This document shows, in pieces, positions 26,745 to 36,879 of a stretch of DNA of 64,000 bases. The translations under genes and the position numbers were made by a program. The stretch is taken from contig CAWCKH010000005.1 of NCBI GenBank assembly GCA_963796055.1, positions 160,001 to 224,000 on the forward strand, read 5' to 3'. The DNA is from an uncultured delta proteobacterium. Lineage in GTDB: Bacteria; Myxococcota; Myxococcia; Myxococcales; Myxococcaceae. The notes under the pieces are model-generated. The model saw nothing but the letters and a program-made list of their open reading frames with translations. It made no database searches and was not told where the DNA came from. The number at the start of each line of letters is the position of its first letter. Positions within the stretch are counted from its first letter, which is position 1.

Positions 26745-28254
26745 AGGGTGCGAACAGGCTGGGGCAATGGCCCGGCTGGGCGGGCGACCCGGAGATGGCC
26801 CCGCCGCGGGGGATGCACTGGCTGGGCGGAAGCGCCTGACCGTGCTCCACCCGGTTCACCAGGAGGTCGAAGGCCCGCTGCGCGTGCGGCTCGATGTACT
26901 CGAGCTGGGGGAAGGTCACCTTGAACGTCTCGATGTGGTTCCCGTTCTGGACCTCGTAGAGGCGGAAGTCCGGGCGGCGGTGGTCGTGCCTTCGCTCGCC
27001 GTGCCCATCGTCGTCACCGTCGTCCCCGTCGGCGAGGGCCGCCTCCACCTTTCGCGCGTAGGCCCGGGCGTGCCGGTCGATGGGCAGCAGGCCGTCCATG
27101 GTGCCGGCGACGGTGATCAGCGGCCGCTGGATCCGTCCGGAAGTGGCGAAGCTCGCGACCTGCGCCCCCACGCCCGACTCCGAGAGACGGGCGTAGTAGT
27201 TGTAGGTGCCGGTGCCCTGGGCGTAGGTGTCGTAGCCGGGGTCGAGCCGCTTCTGCCACTGGCAGTGGGTCACCTCCCAGAACTGGGCCCAGTAGCTGGT
27301 CCAGAGCGAGGCCGTCCCGCTCACGATGTCTGGCGGATACCCGGCGGCGCGGATGTTCTTCGCCGCGGTGCTGTTCGGGTCCAGCCCCGAGGCAACGTAG
27401 TCGGGGTAGTTCAGGATGGCCGGCGGGAGGTCGGTGAGGAGGTTGGGGCCGGCCGGGTCGACCTCCGTCCCCTCCCAGTCCACGCCGCCATCGAAGAGAC
27501 CGGGGAAGAGCTCCACCGCGCGGCGGACCTGGTAGCCGCCGTTGGAGGTACCGACCGCGTAGGTGAAGCGAGGGCCGCGGCCGTAGCGCGCCTCCACGCC
27601 CTGCTGGGCGAGCCGGGCCGCGTCGCCCATGAAGAGCGCCCAGCGGACGAAGGGCTGACCCGGATCGTTGTCGTAGAAGTTCACCCAGAACTGGGAGCCG
27701 GGGCCGGGGTTCAGCCGGCAGGCGAGCTCGTTCGGCGGGGTGGGACTGGAAGGGTTGGTGATGCGGAGGTTCAGCACCCCCTTGTTCTGCGAGGCGTAGG
27801 CGTAGCCCTTCTGGACGACGTAGTCGCTCCAGGCAAAGTCGCCGTTGAACTCGCTCCGGGTGCCGGAGGCCCCGGCGACCACCAGCCGGCCGTTCCAGTC
27901 GTCGGGCAACCGGAGCAGGAAGCGCGCCTGTCCCTGGGGATCGCCGGCGATCCGGCCGTCGATCTGGACGCCCGGCACCGCCTTGAAGATGGGCGTCCGG
28001 TCGGGGGCCGCCGGGGCGATGACGTTGCGGTCGGTGCTGGGGGTGAAGGCGCCCACCGGAAGGCCAGCAAGCGAATTGTCCGGCGGGGTGGTGGCCGGGT
28101 TGGCGGTGGTGAGATCCGGACTCTCGACGCACGTCGCGTCGACCAGCCGATCTCCGAGCCAGTGAAGCGCCTGGTCGCACTTGCTCCCCGCCCCGGCAGC
28201 GAGCGGCGCCAGCAGCGCGATCAGCATCGAGGAACGCAGCGTGCATTCGAGCAT
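26743..28254 (-). CDS. Secreted alpha/beta hydrolase (tannase/feruloyl esterase- or 3-hydroxybutyrate-oligomer hydrolase-like)
   Basis: Signal peptide, RLPDDWNGRL, nucleophile elbow GTSNGG, GTMDGLLP and NGNH. Confidence 0.75.
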   Translation of the reverse strand: MLECTLRSSMLIALLAPLAAGAGSKCDQALHWLGDRLVDATCVESPDLTTANPATTPPDNSLAGLPVGAFTPSTDRNVIAPAAPDRTPIFKAVPGVQIDGRIAGDPQGQARFLLRLPDDWNGRLVVAGASGTRSEFNGDFAWSDYVVQKGYAYASQNKGVLNLRITNPSSPTPPNELACRLNPGPGSQFWVNFYDNDPGQPFVRWALFMGDAARLAQQGVEARYGRGPRFTYAVGTSNGGYQVRRAVELFPGLFDGGVDWEGTEVDPAGPNLLTDLPPAILNYPDYVASGLDPNSTAAKNIRAAGYPPDIVSGTASLWTSYWAQFWEVTHCQWQKRLDPGYDTYAQGTGTYNYYARLSESGVGAQVASFATSGRIQRPLITVAGTMDGLLPIDRHARAYARKVEAALADGDDGDDDGHGERRHDHRRPDFRLYEVQNGNHIETFKVTFPQLEYIEPHAQRAFDLLVNRVEHGQALPPSQCIPRGGAISGSPAQPGHCPSLFAP

Positions 28255-28397
28255 CGTGGAGGCCCTCACCCTGGAATTGGAGCGGCGGAGTCTGGGCCGT
28301 CCGGGAGGGTCTCCGGAAGCGACAAGTGGGTCAAAGAAGGGCGGTGAACGGCCGGGCGCGCCCGCGGGCCAGGGGAATTCCCGATGCAAGAACAGGA

Positions 28398-28431
28398 CGG
28401 CGGGCGCCCTCGAACCCGAGGACGCCCGCCG
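28398..28431 (-). terminator. Hairpin, probable terminator of the porin gene
   Basis: CGGCGGGCG...CGCCCGCCG stem followed by TCCTGTTCTT on the minus strand. Confidence 0.45.
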
Positions 28432-28461
28432 CGCACGGTCCCCAGAGAGTGGAGCCCGGGG

Positions 28462-29649
28462 CTAGAAGCCGACCTGGAACTGCAGGAAGCCCTGCCACTG
28501 CGTGTTGCCGACTTCCCTGTCGGCGTAAATGAACTCGGCCGTGACTTTGTAGGTGTTCTGCAGGACGTACCACGAGAGGCCGCCATGGTAGGCCCGCGTC
28601 CAGCCACCGGCCGCGTTCCCGCTGTAGACGAAGCCGTCCGGAATCGCCCAGTCGAACGCCACGAACGGGCCGATGACCCCGAAGCGCATCGACACCAGCG
28701 CATCGAGCTGCTTCTTGGAGAGGTTGCTGTCGGAGCCTGCCCAGATCCGCCAGGCCGCGATGTCAACGCTGAGCTCGAGGTCGTCGCTGAACGGAATGTC
28801 GGCGAAGACGTCGAAGGCGAAGGTCGTCCAGCTCGTCATGCCGGTCGGTACCGCGGTCCCGCCGGCGGCGCTGGTGTACCCGGTCGTCCGGACTGAGTTG
28901 GTCTGGAAGTCACCCAGCACGCCGATGCTGACGATCGGGGACTTGGCGAAGCAGACCTGGCAGAACGCGTAGCCGTCCTCCTTGCCCGCGATGTTGAAGC
29001 GCAGAGTTCCAGCGAACCGCGGCGCGTCGCCCGGGTTGATTCCCTCCGCGGCGGGGGTGGTCGCGATCGTCTGCTCTCCATTGAAGACGCCGAGGCGGTA
29101 GTAGAGCCGGTCGTCCAGGAGGAGCCCGCGGAGCTCGACGCCCACATCGCGGGTGCCCCGCTGGCTGTTCGGCGCGTAGGCGGTCGGGAAGAGGCTCACG
29201 CTCGCGAACTTCGCACCCGAGGTCAGCGGGTTGTGCAGGTTCGGGAGGAGCATCAGGCCGGCGTCGATGAGCAGCGCCTTGCTGACCTTGTAGGTGGCCA
29301 GCGCATCGAGGAGGTAGAGGTTGTTGTTCCAGGAGACGCCGTCGGCGTTGGCCCCCGTCGGCGGGCCACCCTTCACCACCGCGCCGTAGCTGATGTCGGT
29401 TTCGATGAAGAACCCGATGTTTTCGTTGAACTGGCCACCGAGCAGGATGCGCGCCCGCCGGAGCAGAAAGTCGTTCGACGGGTCGCTCCCCGAGCCGGCC
29501 CCGTCCTGCGTGATGCGGTACTGCGCCTGAATCAGGGCACCGACGTCGACGAAGCCCTTCTCGCTGAACGAGATCTTCGCAGCGTTCGCCGTGCCCGCTG
29601 CCATCAGGCACAGCACTCCGAGACACGACTTCCAGGTTTGTGACCTCAT
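28462..29649 (-). CDS. Outer-membrane porin (OprO/OprP-like or short-chain amide porin)
   Basis: Signal peptide (ANA-A), FLLRRARI, RDVGV, YRLGVFNG and C-terminal beta-signal LQFQVGF. Confidence 0.8.
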   Translation of the reverse strand: MRSQTWKSCLGVLCLMAAGTANAAKISFSEKGFVDVGALIQAQYRITQDGAGSGSDPSNDFLLRRARILLGGQFNENIGFFIETDISYGAVVKGGPPTGANADGVSWNNNLYLLDALATYKVSKALLIDAGLMLLPNLHNPLTSGAKFASVSLFPTAYAPNSQRGTRDVGVELRGLLLDDRLYYRLGVFNGEQTIATTPAAEGINPGDAPRFAGTLRFNIAGKEDGYAFCQVCFAKSPIVSIGVLGDFQTNSVRTTGYTSAAGGTAVPTGMTSWTTFAFDVFADIPFSDDLELSVDIAAWRIWAGSDSNLSKKQLDALVSMRFGVIGPFVAFDWAIPDGFVYSGNAAGGWTRAYHGGLSWYVLQNTYKVTAEFIYADREVGNTQWQGFLQFQVGF

Positions 29650-29736
29650 TCGTCCCCTCTCCACGTGAATGCTGCCCCAGGGCACACGATGACCTAGCGC
29701 CAGTCGGCGACCAACTTTTTTTTGGCCCCGCTGTAG

Positions 29737-29751
29737 GCAATCCACGTTCCA
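29737..29751 (-). promoter_or_regulatory. sigma-54 -24/-12 promoter of the porin gene
   Basis: Minus strand TGGAACGTGGATTGC. Confidence 0.75.
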
Positions 29752-29815
29752 GGGGCCTGCCCCTGCGTAGCTCAAGGACTTGCGCGCAGGGGGACCGCTC
29801 CCGGCGTGTGGATGG

Positions 29816-29841
29816 GTAACGGAGCGTTACCAACGGTAACG
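29816..29841 (-). promoter_or_regulatory. Putative enhancer sites
   Basis: CGTTAC-CAACG-GTAACG palindrome plus a GTAAC half-site 20 bp toward the promoter. Confidence 0.75.
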
Positions 29842-29987
29842 TCCGCGGGCGTTCACTGAGCCTGGAACGTCCGGGAATTCCAAGGGATTTGAAACCCGTT
29901 GGCGACGGCGGCGTCACCAATCCGTCACCCGATCCGGGCGGCCGGAGACGGAGACGGCGGCACGCAGGATCACGTGCCGCCGTCAGT

Positions 29988-30060
29988 TGAGAGCGGAGGG
30001 AATCGAACCCACAACCTATGGATTAAGAGTCCATTGCTCTGCCAATTGAGCTACGCTCCC
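29988..30060 (-). tRNA. tRNA-Lys(CTT)
   Basis: GGGAGCG TAGCTCAATTGGCAGAGC ATGGA-CT-CTT-AA-TCCAT ... GGTTCGATTCC CGCTCTC-A; 73 nt; CCA not encoded. Confidence 0.93.
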
Positions 30061-30087
30061 GCTCGCCTGGCTGCGCGAGGGTCCGCG

Positions 30088-30117
30088 CGTATAACCGCCC
30101 GTGCTGCCATGAGTCAA
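30088..30117 (-). promoter_or_regulatory. Probable sigma-70 promoter of tRNA-Lys
   Basis: TTGACT-N18-TATACG on the minus strand. Confidence 0.5.
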
Positions 30118-30222
30118 CGGCTGCGTCCTGGCACCCGACGGCTGCGTGATTGGCCTGTCGCCTCCTCCCGGACCTAGACTCGTCACAGGTTGCGTTCGGA
30201 GGGGAGTGGTCGGAGGAGTCCC

Positions 30223-31401
30223 GTGGTGGCCAAGTCGCTGGCCGTCGCCGTGGTCCTGGTCCTCGCCTTGGGGTGCGCCACCCCTGCCGCCAGCCGGCAT
30301 TCACTCGCCGAGAGCTGGATCGAGGAGGCCCGGGCCACCGACGGCTTGGTGCTCGAATCCCCGCTGACCGTCTCGCCGCAGGTCCGCTCGCTGGTCCGCG
30401 AGAAGGTGGGGTACGCGGGGACCGAGAAGTCCCGTCTCCTCAAGCTGGTGCGCTTCCTGTCCGAGGTGGACGGCCTCGGCTTCCAGTACCAGACCCAGAG
30501 CTCGCTTACCGCCGAGAAGGCCTTCGTCGCCCGCCGCGGCGACTGCATGAGCTACGCCAACCTCTTGGTCGCCCTGGCGCGGACGCTCGACGTGCCGGTG
30601 CGCTTCGTGCGCATCACCCAGCTGCCGGTGACCTGGGAGGCCGGCGGACGGTTCTTCGAGTCGTCGCACATGGCGGTGGCGCTGGGGCGCAATGCCTCGT
30701 GGGACCAGGCGGTGGTGGTCGACTTCGGCAACGTCCACACCTCGCCCTGGCGCTTCGCGCTCTACGACGATGTCTCGGACGACGAGGCCTTCGTCCTCTT
30801 CCAGAACAACGTGGCGGTGCAGCGGATGCTGGCCGGCGACGTGGGCACCGCCGAGCGCATCCTCCGCATCCTGCACCACCATGCGCCGCGCACTCCGGAG
30901 GTCCCCAACAATCTGTCGCTGGTGCTGCTCCAGACCGGGCGGGAGAGGGAGGCGATGGACCTGCTCGAGGTCTCGGTGGAGCAGTTCCCGCGCTTCCGGC
31001 CCCTGTTCGCCAACGCGGTCCACGCGGCGCGCCGGCTGGGAGACGAGGAGCTGGCCAGGACCCTCGAGGTCCGGGGACGGGAGCTGCTGGAGGACGAGCC
31101 GGCCTGGAACTTCAACGAGGGAATGCGCTCGTACCATGCCCGCGCGTACTCCACCGCCGCGCTGCGCTTCGAGAAGGCCCTCTCGGCGGACCCGGACAAC
31201 GTTCGCCTCCTCGCCTGGAGCGCCCGGGCCCACCTCGCCGCGGGCAATCTCCGCCGCGGGCTGGAGCAGGTGGAGCGCATCCGCTCCGGCCCACCCTCGG
31301 AGGCCCGCTCCCAGCTGCTGGAGGACCTGAGGAACGCCTTCCCGCAGCTCGACTCGCCGGCGCCCCTTCCGCCACCGCCCGTCGCCGAACGCAAGCCCTG
31401 A
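30223..31401 (+). CDS. Lipoprotein with transglutaminase-like and TPR domains
   Basis: Lipobox ALGC, triad-like GDCMS / SHM / VVDF and C-terminal TPR helices. Confidence 0.75.
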   Translation: MVAKSLAVAVVLVLALGCATPAASRHSLAESWIEEARATDGLVLESPLTVSPQVRSLVREKVGYAGTEKSRLLKLVRFLSEVDGLGFQYQTQSSLTAEKAFVARRGDCMSYANLLVALARTLDVPVRFVRITQLPVTWEAGGRFFESSHMAVALGRNASWDQAVVVDFGNVHTSPWRFALYDDVSDDEAFVLFQNNVAVQRMLAGDVGTAERILRILHHHAPRTPEVPNNLSLVLLQTGREREAMDLLEVSVEQFPRFRPLFANAVHAARRLGDEELARTLEVRGRELLEDEPAWNFNEGMRSYHARAYSTAALRFEKALSADPDNVRLLAWSARAHLAAGNLRRGLEQVERIRSGPPSEARSQLLEDLRNAFPQLDSPAPLPPPPVAERKP

Positions 31402-31428
31402 GACCCCTCCCCGGGGGAGCCGCCGCCT

Positions 31429-33372
31429 CTACCGCGCCTCCCTCGGAGCGAGGACGCGCTGCACGGCCTCCAGCAGCTCGAGGTGGGTGAACGGCTTCTG
31501 CAGGAAGTTGGTGCCCGGGTCGCGGCGCAGCTCGGGGTCCATCTGGCCCTCGCCGTATCCGCTCACCACCAGGACCCGCGCCGAAGGATGGCGCTGGTGG
31601 ATTGTGCGGTAGGCGGCGATGCCGCTGAGGCCCGGCAGCACCGCGTCGAGGATGACCAGGTCCACCGCCACGCCCGCGAGCAGGGCCAGGGCCGACTCGG
31701 CGTCGTCCGCGGTCAGGGCCCGGAATCCGCTCCGCTCCAGCAGCCGCGCCAGGCCCTGGCGGACGGCGGCATCGTCCTCGACCACCAGCACCGTGCCGCC
31801 GGTGCGAGGGGCGGGAGTGCGGGAGCGCCGCTCGGCCTCGAGCGGGAGCCCCTCGATGGCGGGGAGGAGAATCTCGAAGGTGGATCCCCGGGCCGGCGCG
31901 CTCGACACCTCCACCACGCCCTGGTGCTGGCGGACGATGCCGTGCACCACTGCCAGGCCCAGCCCGGTTCCGCGTCCCGGGGCCTTGGTGGTGAAGAACG
32001 GCTCGAAGATGCGCTCCAGAGTGCCGGCAGGGATGCCCGCCCCGGTGTCCTTCACCGAAAGCTCGACCATCCGCTTGCCGGGCACCGTCCCGTGGCGGGC
32101 GGCGAACTCGGCGTCCACCTCGATGTTGCGCGTCCGGACGGTGAGCGTTCCACCCTCGGGCATGGCGTCGCGGGCGTTCACGCAGAGGTTCATCAGCACC
32201 TGCTCGAGCTGCGCCGGGTCGCCGGAGATGGTCCAGAGATCCTCCGCCAGCTCGGTCACCAGCTTCACCGGCTCGCCGATGACCCGGCGGAGCAGGCTCT
32301 CCACGTCCAGCACCACCTGGTTCACGCTGAGCGAGCGCTGGGCGAGCGGCTGGCGGCGGGCGAAGGCAAGGAGCTGGCGGACCAGCGCTCCGGCCCGCTG
32401 GCATTGCCGCTCGATCTCCGCCAGATCGCTCTGGGCCGAGTGGTCCACCGGGAGGTCGAGGCGCGCCAGCGCCGCCGCGCTCTGGATGCCGGTGAGGACG
32501 TTGTTGAAGTCGTGCGCCACACCCCCGGCGAGCATGCCCACGGTGTCCATCTTCTGGGTGCGCTGCACCTCGGCCTCGAGGCGCTTGCGCTCGGTGACGT
32601 CGCGCACGCTCACCACCAGCCGCTGGTCGCCGCCCGGGACCTCGGCCACCGCCAGCTCGAGGTGGACCATGGTGCCGTCTCGACGGCGGGCCTCGCTGGA
32701 GCGACTCCCCTGCCCCACGTAGCCCTGGAAGCCCGGGGGGAGGATCTCGTCCGCGGGGCGACCCACCACCTCCGAGGCATCGACGCCGAAGATGCGCTCG
32801 GCGGCGGGGTTCATGCTGACCAGCAGCCCTCCGGCGCTCACGGTGAGGAGCCCGTCTGGCACGTGCTCCATGACCGCCCGGAGGTCCATCTCGCTCCGGC
32901 GCAGCGCCGCATCGGCCCGGCGGCGGGCGGCGCGCTGCGCGGCCTCGGCGCACTCGCGTTCCACCGCCGGCGCGAGGCGGGCGAGGTTGTCCTTCATGAG
33001 GTAGTCGTGCGCGCCGGCCTTCATCGCCGCAACGGCGTGCGCCTCGTCCACCGTGCCGGAGACCAGGATGAAGGGCACGTCCAGGCCGCTTCCCTGGAGC
33101 CGGCCCAGCGCCTCGAGAGCGTCGAACTGCGGCATCCGGTGGTCGGAGACGATGACGTCCCACGGCGCGGAGAGGAGCGCCTCCTGGAAGGCCTCGGCAG
33201 TGTCCACGCGGTGGAAGCGCACCAGCCGCCCCTCGGTCTGGAGCGCGTGCACGATGAGGGTCGCGTCGGCCTCGGAGTCCTCGACCAGGAGGACGCGGAG
33301 CGCGCTGCGGGTGGAAGCCGGAGAAGGTCTCACGAGGCCGGGATGCGGATCTGAACGCCCCAGGGTGGACAC
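31429..33372 (-). CDS. Hybrid histidine kinase (REC-PAS-HisKA-HATPase-REC)
   Basis: [46 protein letters not shown] and a second receiver. Start uncertain. Confidence 0.9.
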   Translation of the reverse strand: MSTLGRSDPHPGLVRPSPASTRSALRVLLVEDSEADATLIVHALQTEGRLVRFHRVDTAEAFQEALLSAPWDVIVSDHRMPQFDALEALGRLQGSGLDVPFILVSGTVDEAHAVAAMKAGAHDYLMKDNLARLAPAVERECAEAAQRAARRRADAALRRSEMDLRAVMEHVPDGLLTVSAGGLLVSMNPAAERIFGVDASEVVGRPADEILPPGFQGYVGQGSRSSEARRRDGTMVHLELAVAEVPGGDQRLVVSVRDVTERKRLEAEVQRTQKMDTVGMLAGGVAHDFNNVLTGIQSAAALARLDLPVDHSAQSDLAEIERQCQRAGALVRQLLAFARRQPLAQRSLSVNQVVLDVESLLRRVIGEPVKLVTELAEDLWTISGDPAQLEQVLMNLCVNARDAMPEGGTLTVRTRNIEVDAEFAARHGTVPGKRMVELSVKDTGAGIPAGTLERIFEPFFTTKAPGRGTGLGLAVVHGIVRQHQGVVEVSSAPARGSTFEILLPAIEGLPLEAERRSRTPAPRTGGTVLVVEDDAAVRQGLARLLERSGFRALTADDAESALALLAGVAVDLVILDAVLPGLSGIAAYRTIHQRHPSARVLVVSGYGEGQMDPELRRDPGTNFLQKPFTHLELLEAVQRVLAPREAR

Positions 33373-33446
33373 AACAAGGTGGCTTCGTTGCGCAGGCGAG
33401 GCGCCGCTGTGTGCGCGCCGAAGGCAACGTGGTACGTGCGGTGTCG

Positions 33447-34814
33447 ATGCAGACCTGGGACGCGCTGGTCGTCGGCTCCGGTCAAGCGGGCGTTCCGCTG
33501 GCGGTCGCGCTCGCCCGCGCAGGGCGGCGGACGGCGATCGTCGAGCGGGCCGAGGTGGGCGGAACCTGCATCAACGTCGGGTGCACCCCGACCAAGACAC
33601 TGGTGGCCAGCGCCCGCGCGGCAACTCTGGCCACCCGCGCCGCCGAGTACGGGATCGACACCGGCCCGGTGCACGCCCGCTGGCCGGCGGTGCGCGAGCG
33701 CGAGCAGGGCGTCGTTCGGCAGTTCCGGGCGGGAAGTGAGCGGCGGCTGCGCGAGGCCGGCGTCACCCTGCTGCGGGGCGAGGCCCGCTTCGTGGGGCAG
33801 CGCCGGCTCGTCGTCACCGGAGCGGACGGCGCCTTGGAGGAGCACCGGGCACCGGTGGTGGTGCTCGACACCGGAGTGCGCCCCCGCCGGCCCGAGCTGC
33901 CGGGGCTGGACTCGGTCCCGGCGCTCGACTCCTCCTCAATCCTCACCGTGCCCGAGCTCCCCCGACGGCTCCTGATGCTCGGGGGCGGCTACATCGCGCT
34001 CGAGCTTGGGCAGGTGTTCCGCCGTCTCGGCGCGGAAGTGACGGTGGTGGAGATGGCGCCACGGCTCGCTTCGCGCGAGGACGAGGACATCTCGCAGACG
34101 CTGGCCGAGGTGCTGGGCGCCGAGGGCATCGCCCTCCACCTCGGCGTCCGCGCGACGGGGGTCGCGGAATCCTCCGGCGGCATCCGGCTGGAGCTCGCGG
34201 GGGGGCCGACGCTGGCGGGGACGCATCTGCTGGTCGCGGTGGGCAGGACGCCGAACTCGGACGCGCTGGACTGCCCGGCGGGCGGCGTCGCGCTCGACGA
34301 GCGCGGCTTCATCCGGGTGGACGATCGGCTCCGGACGTCGGCAGAGGGCGTGTACGCCACCGGCGACGTCACCGGCGCGCCACAGTTCACCCACGTCTCG
34401 TACGACGACTTCCGGGTCCTCCGCGCCGAGCTGCTGGGCGGGGCGCCCCGGTCCCCGGTGGGACGGCTGATCCCCTACACCCTGTTCACCGATCCGCAGC
34501 TCGGCCGGGTGGGCCTCACCGAGGCCGAGGCGCGGGCCCGTGGGCTACCGATCCGGGTGGCGAAGCTGCCGATGAGCAGCGTCGCACGGGCCATCGAGTC
34601 GGGCGAGACGCGAGGGGTGCTGCGGGCGGTGGTGCACCAGGAGACCGATCGCATCCTGGGGTTCGCCGCGCTCGGGTTCGAGGGTGGCGAGCTGGCCTCG
34701 GTGGTGCACGTCGCCATGCTCGGGGACCTGCCCTGGACCGTCCTCCGCGACGGCATCTTTCCCCACCCCGGCCTGGCCGAATCGCTGAACAACCTCTTCG
34801 ATTCCTGGGTCTAG
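33447..34814 (+). CDS. Pyridine nucleotide-disulfide oxidoreductase (MerA/RclA-like family)
   Basis: GSGQAG, GGTCINVGCTPTK, GGGYIALE and C-terminal HP..AE. Confidence 0.88.
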   Translation: MQTWDALVVGSGQAGVPLAVALARAGRRTAIVERAEVGGTCINVGCTPTKTLVASARAATLATRAAEYGIDTGPVHARWPAVREREQGVVRQFRAGSERRLREAGVTLLRGEARFVGQRRLVVTGADGALEEHRAPVVVLDTGVRPRRPELPGLDSVPALDSSSILTVPELPRRLLMLGGGYIALELGQVFRRLGAEVTVVEMAPRLASREDEDISQTLAEVLGAEGIALHLGVRATGVAESSGGIRLELAGGPTLAGTHLLVAVGRTPNSDALDCPAGGVALDERGFIRVDDRLRTSAEGVYATGDVTGAPQFTHVSYDDFRVLRAELLGGAPRSPVGRLIPYTLFTDPQLGRVGLTEAEARARGLPIRVAKLPMSSVARAIESGETRGVLRAVVHQETDRILGFAALGFEGGELASVVHVAMLGDLPWTVLRDGIFPHPGLAESLNNLFDSWV

Positions 34815-36244
34815 AGGGGGCGGTAGTCCTCGCAGCGCCAGGCGCGGAAGCGGCGGACGATGCGCTCCCCCCGGCGGACGAGCAGTGGCGGCTCCTCCAC
34901 CACCCGGCCACAGCGCGCGAGCAGAGACGACGGGGGCCGGCCGGAGGGTGCGTCGTCGAAGCGGCGCGGATCCGAGTCGAGGAAGAGACCGGTGCGACCG
35001 GCCAGGCCCCGGACGTCGACACCCACGAAGTCGAACTGGAGCGCCGGCTCCCCCAGGAGATTTCGTCCGTAGGCCTCGATGCTCCCGTCGAGCAGCAGCT
35101 CGGCGGTGGTCTTGTAGTCGTCGGCGGAGAAGGCGAACTCCGAGCGCCCGAGCCGGGCCCGCGTCTGCTCCCGGACAGAGCGCCATCCCACCCAGGTGTC
35201 GTCGCCGAGCCGGACCGGATAGGCGAACAGCTCCACCAGCACCAGCGCGTGCACCAGCGCCGAGGCGACGACGTTCCAGCGCAGCAGCAGCGGACCGGAC
35301 CGCCGCGCCGCCCACAGCGTCCCGGCGATCCACAGGGGAAAGGGCCAGTTGGGCTTCACCACCGCGCCGAGGCTGACCAGGAGAAGAACCATCGCGGGCA
35401 CGAGCGAGAAGACGGCGAGGAACAGCTCCTCTGGCTCGAGCGTCCGCCGCAGCATCCCCGGCACGGCCCGGAGGGCCGCGCGCCCCCACGCCACCAGCAG
35501 CGGCGGAAGCACCAGCACCAGCTGCGAGCCCACCAGCCCGAGCAGGTTCCACGGCGACAGCCCGCGGGCGTGCTCCACCCGCCCTGCGGTCTGGTAGAGG
35601 AACGAGGCCCAGTCGTGCTCGGCGTTCCAGATCCACACCGGGGCCGTGGTGAATGCCGCGAGCAGCAAGCCGAGCCATGGCCAGGGCGAGGCCAGCGCCC
35701 GGCGTCCCCGCGGAAGCGCGAGCAGCAGCAGACCCGCGCCGAGGAAGAGGAACGCCGCGCTGTACTTGGCATCGAACGCCAGCCCCGCGCACAGCCCGGC
35801 GGGCAGCCACGCCCTCGGGCGTCCGTCGAGGAGCGCCTCGGCCAGAAAGCAGAGCGTCCACGTCCAGGCCGCGACCAGCGGCCCATCGGGCAGCGCCACC
35901 ACGCTCAGGATGCTGAACGCCCCGGTGGTGGCCAGCAGCAGCACCGCCCGGCCGGGCGCCCCGGGCACCAGGCGGCGCGCGAGCCGGATCATCCCCACCA
36001 GCGTGACCGCGGAGAAGGCGAGCGGGACGAGGCGGACCAGCACCGGCGGGGGGGGATGGAGCTGCGCGACTGGTGCCAGCGCCCAGGCGAGGGCTCCCGG
36101 GTGGTCGAAGTAGGAGAGCGCCGGATGGCGGGCGTAAAAGAGGTAGTACGCCTCCTGCGGTACCAGCTCGAACAGCGCGCCGACGAGGAGCCGCAGCAGC
36201 TGGAGCACGAGGAGCACCCGCACCCAGGACCAGGTGCGGCTCAC
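34811..36244 (-). CDS. GT-C glycosyltransferase (ArnT/PMT_2, family 39/83-like)
   Basis: QEAYY, SYFDHP, PD, AKY and P..IWN..HDW.SF.YQ motifs; multiple TM helices. Confidence 0.85.
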   Translation of the reverse strand: MSRTWSWVRVLLVLQLLRLLVGALFELVPQEAYYLFYARHPALSYFDHPGALAWALAPVAQLHPPPPVLVRLVPLAFSAVTLVGMIRLARRLVPGAPGRAVLLLATTGAFSILSVVALPDGPLVAAWTWTLCFLAEALLDGRPRAWLPAGLCAGLAFDAKYSAAFLFLGAGLLLLALPRGRRALASPWPWLGLLLAAFTTAPVWIWNAEHDWASFLYQTAGRVEHARGLSPWNLLGLVGSQLVLVLPPLLVAWGRAALRAVPGMLRRTLEPEELFLAVFSLVPAMVLLLVSLGAVVKPNWPFPLWIAGTLWAARRSGPLLLRWNVVASALVHALVLVELFAYPVRLGDDTWVGWRSVREQTRARLGRSEFAFSADDYKTTAELLLDGSIEAYGRNLLGEPALQFDFVGVDVRGLAGRTGLFLDSDPRRFDDAPSGRPPSSLLARCGRVVEEPPLLVRRGERIVRRFRAWRCEDYRPL

Positions 36245-36468
36245 GCCCGTTCCTCGCTTTCTTCGGGCGATTCGCTGCACGGGGGTGCAACGGGTGCAGC
36301 GAGCGGTGTCCCGCACGCAGCGAGCACTGTGCCGGCACCATTGTCACAGTTCTGTGGTTGCCGTGTCTGAAAGTGGGACGCAATCAACCGACCGGCCGCT
36401 CCGTACGAGCAGCCGGAAGGGGCCACTGCGGTGGGCTCGTCCGCGTTCACTTTCCTCTGGGAGATACC

Positions 36469-36879
36469 GTGAAGCCAGTCATCGCAGCACTCGTGTTCCT
36501 CGGCGCCGTCGCCTGCGCCACCTCCGGTTCCGGCGTCGATCCGCGACTGGAGTACACCTACAACAGCTCCGTGACCGGGGTGATCGTCGTCCCGGACGCC
36601 ACCGCCGGCTCGGACGTGTGCAGCAATCTCTCGGTGATGGCGACGGTGGGCGAACAGCAGGTGGGCCGCCCGTCGCTCCACTCGAGCAAGGGCCGCTGCT
36701 CGTACCAGATCGACAACCTGCCCTCGGACAAGGAGGTGACGGTCAAGGTGCAGCCGGCCGCCGACCTCAAGTGCCAGGACGGCTCGCCGATGGCCTTCGT
36801 CTCGGACATCCAGGGCCCGGTAAAGCTCGAGCCGTCGCAGGGCAAGCTCCAGGACTTCCGCGCCCAGTGCGGCGCGTAG
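36469..36879 (+). CDS. Hypothetical Cys-containing lipoprotein
   Basis: GGAGA RBS, GTG start, lipobox AVAC, four further Cys and coding-like codon usage. Confidence 0.7.
   Translation: MKPVIAALVFLGAVACATSGSGVDPRLEYTYNSSVTGVIVVPDATAGSDVCSNLSVMATVGEQQVGRPSLHSSKGRCSYQIDNLPSDKEVTVKVQPAADLKCQDGSPMAFVSDIQGPVKLEPSQGKLQDFRAQCGA

Noticed and set aside
33447..34814. True mercuric reductase MerA
   Set aside because: No N-terminal metal-binding domain, no C-terminal Cys-Cys pair and no mer operon
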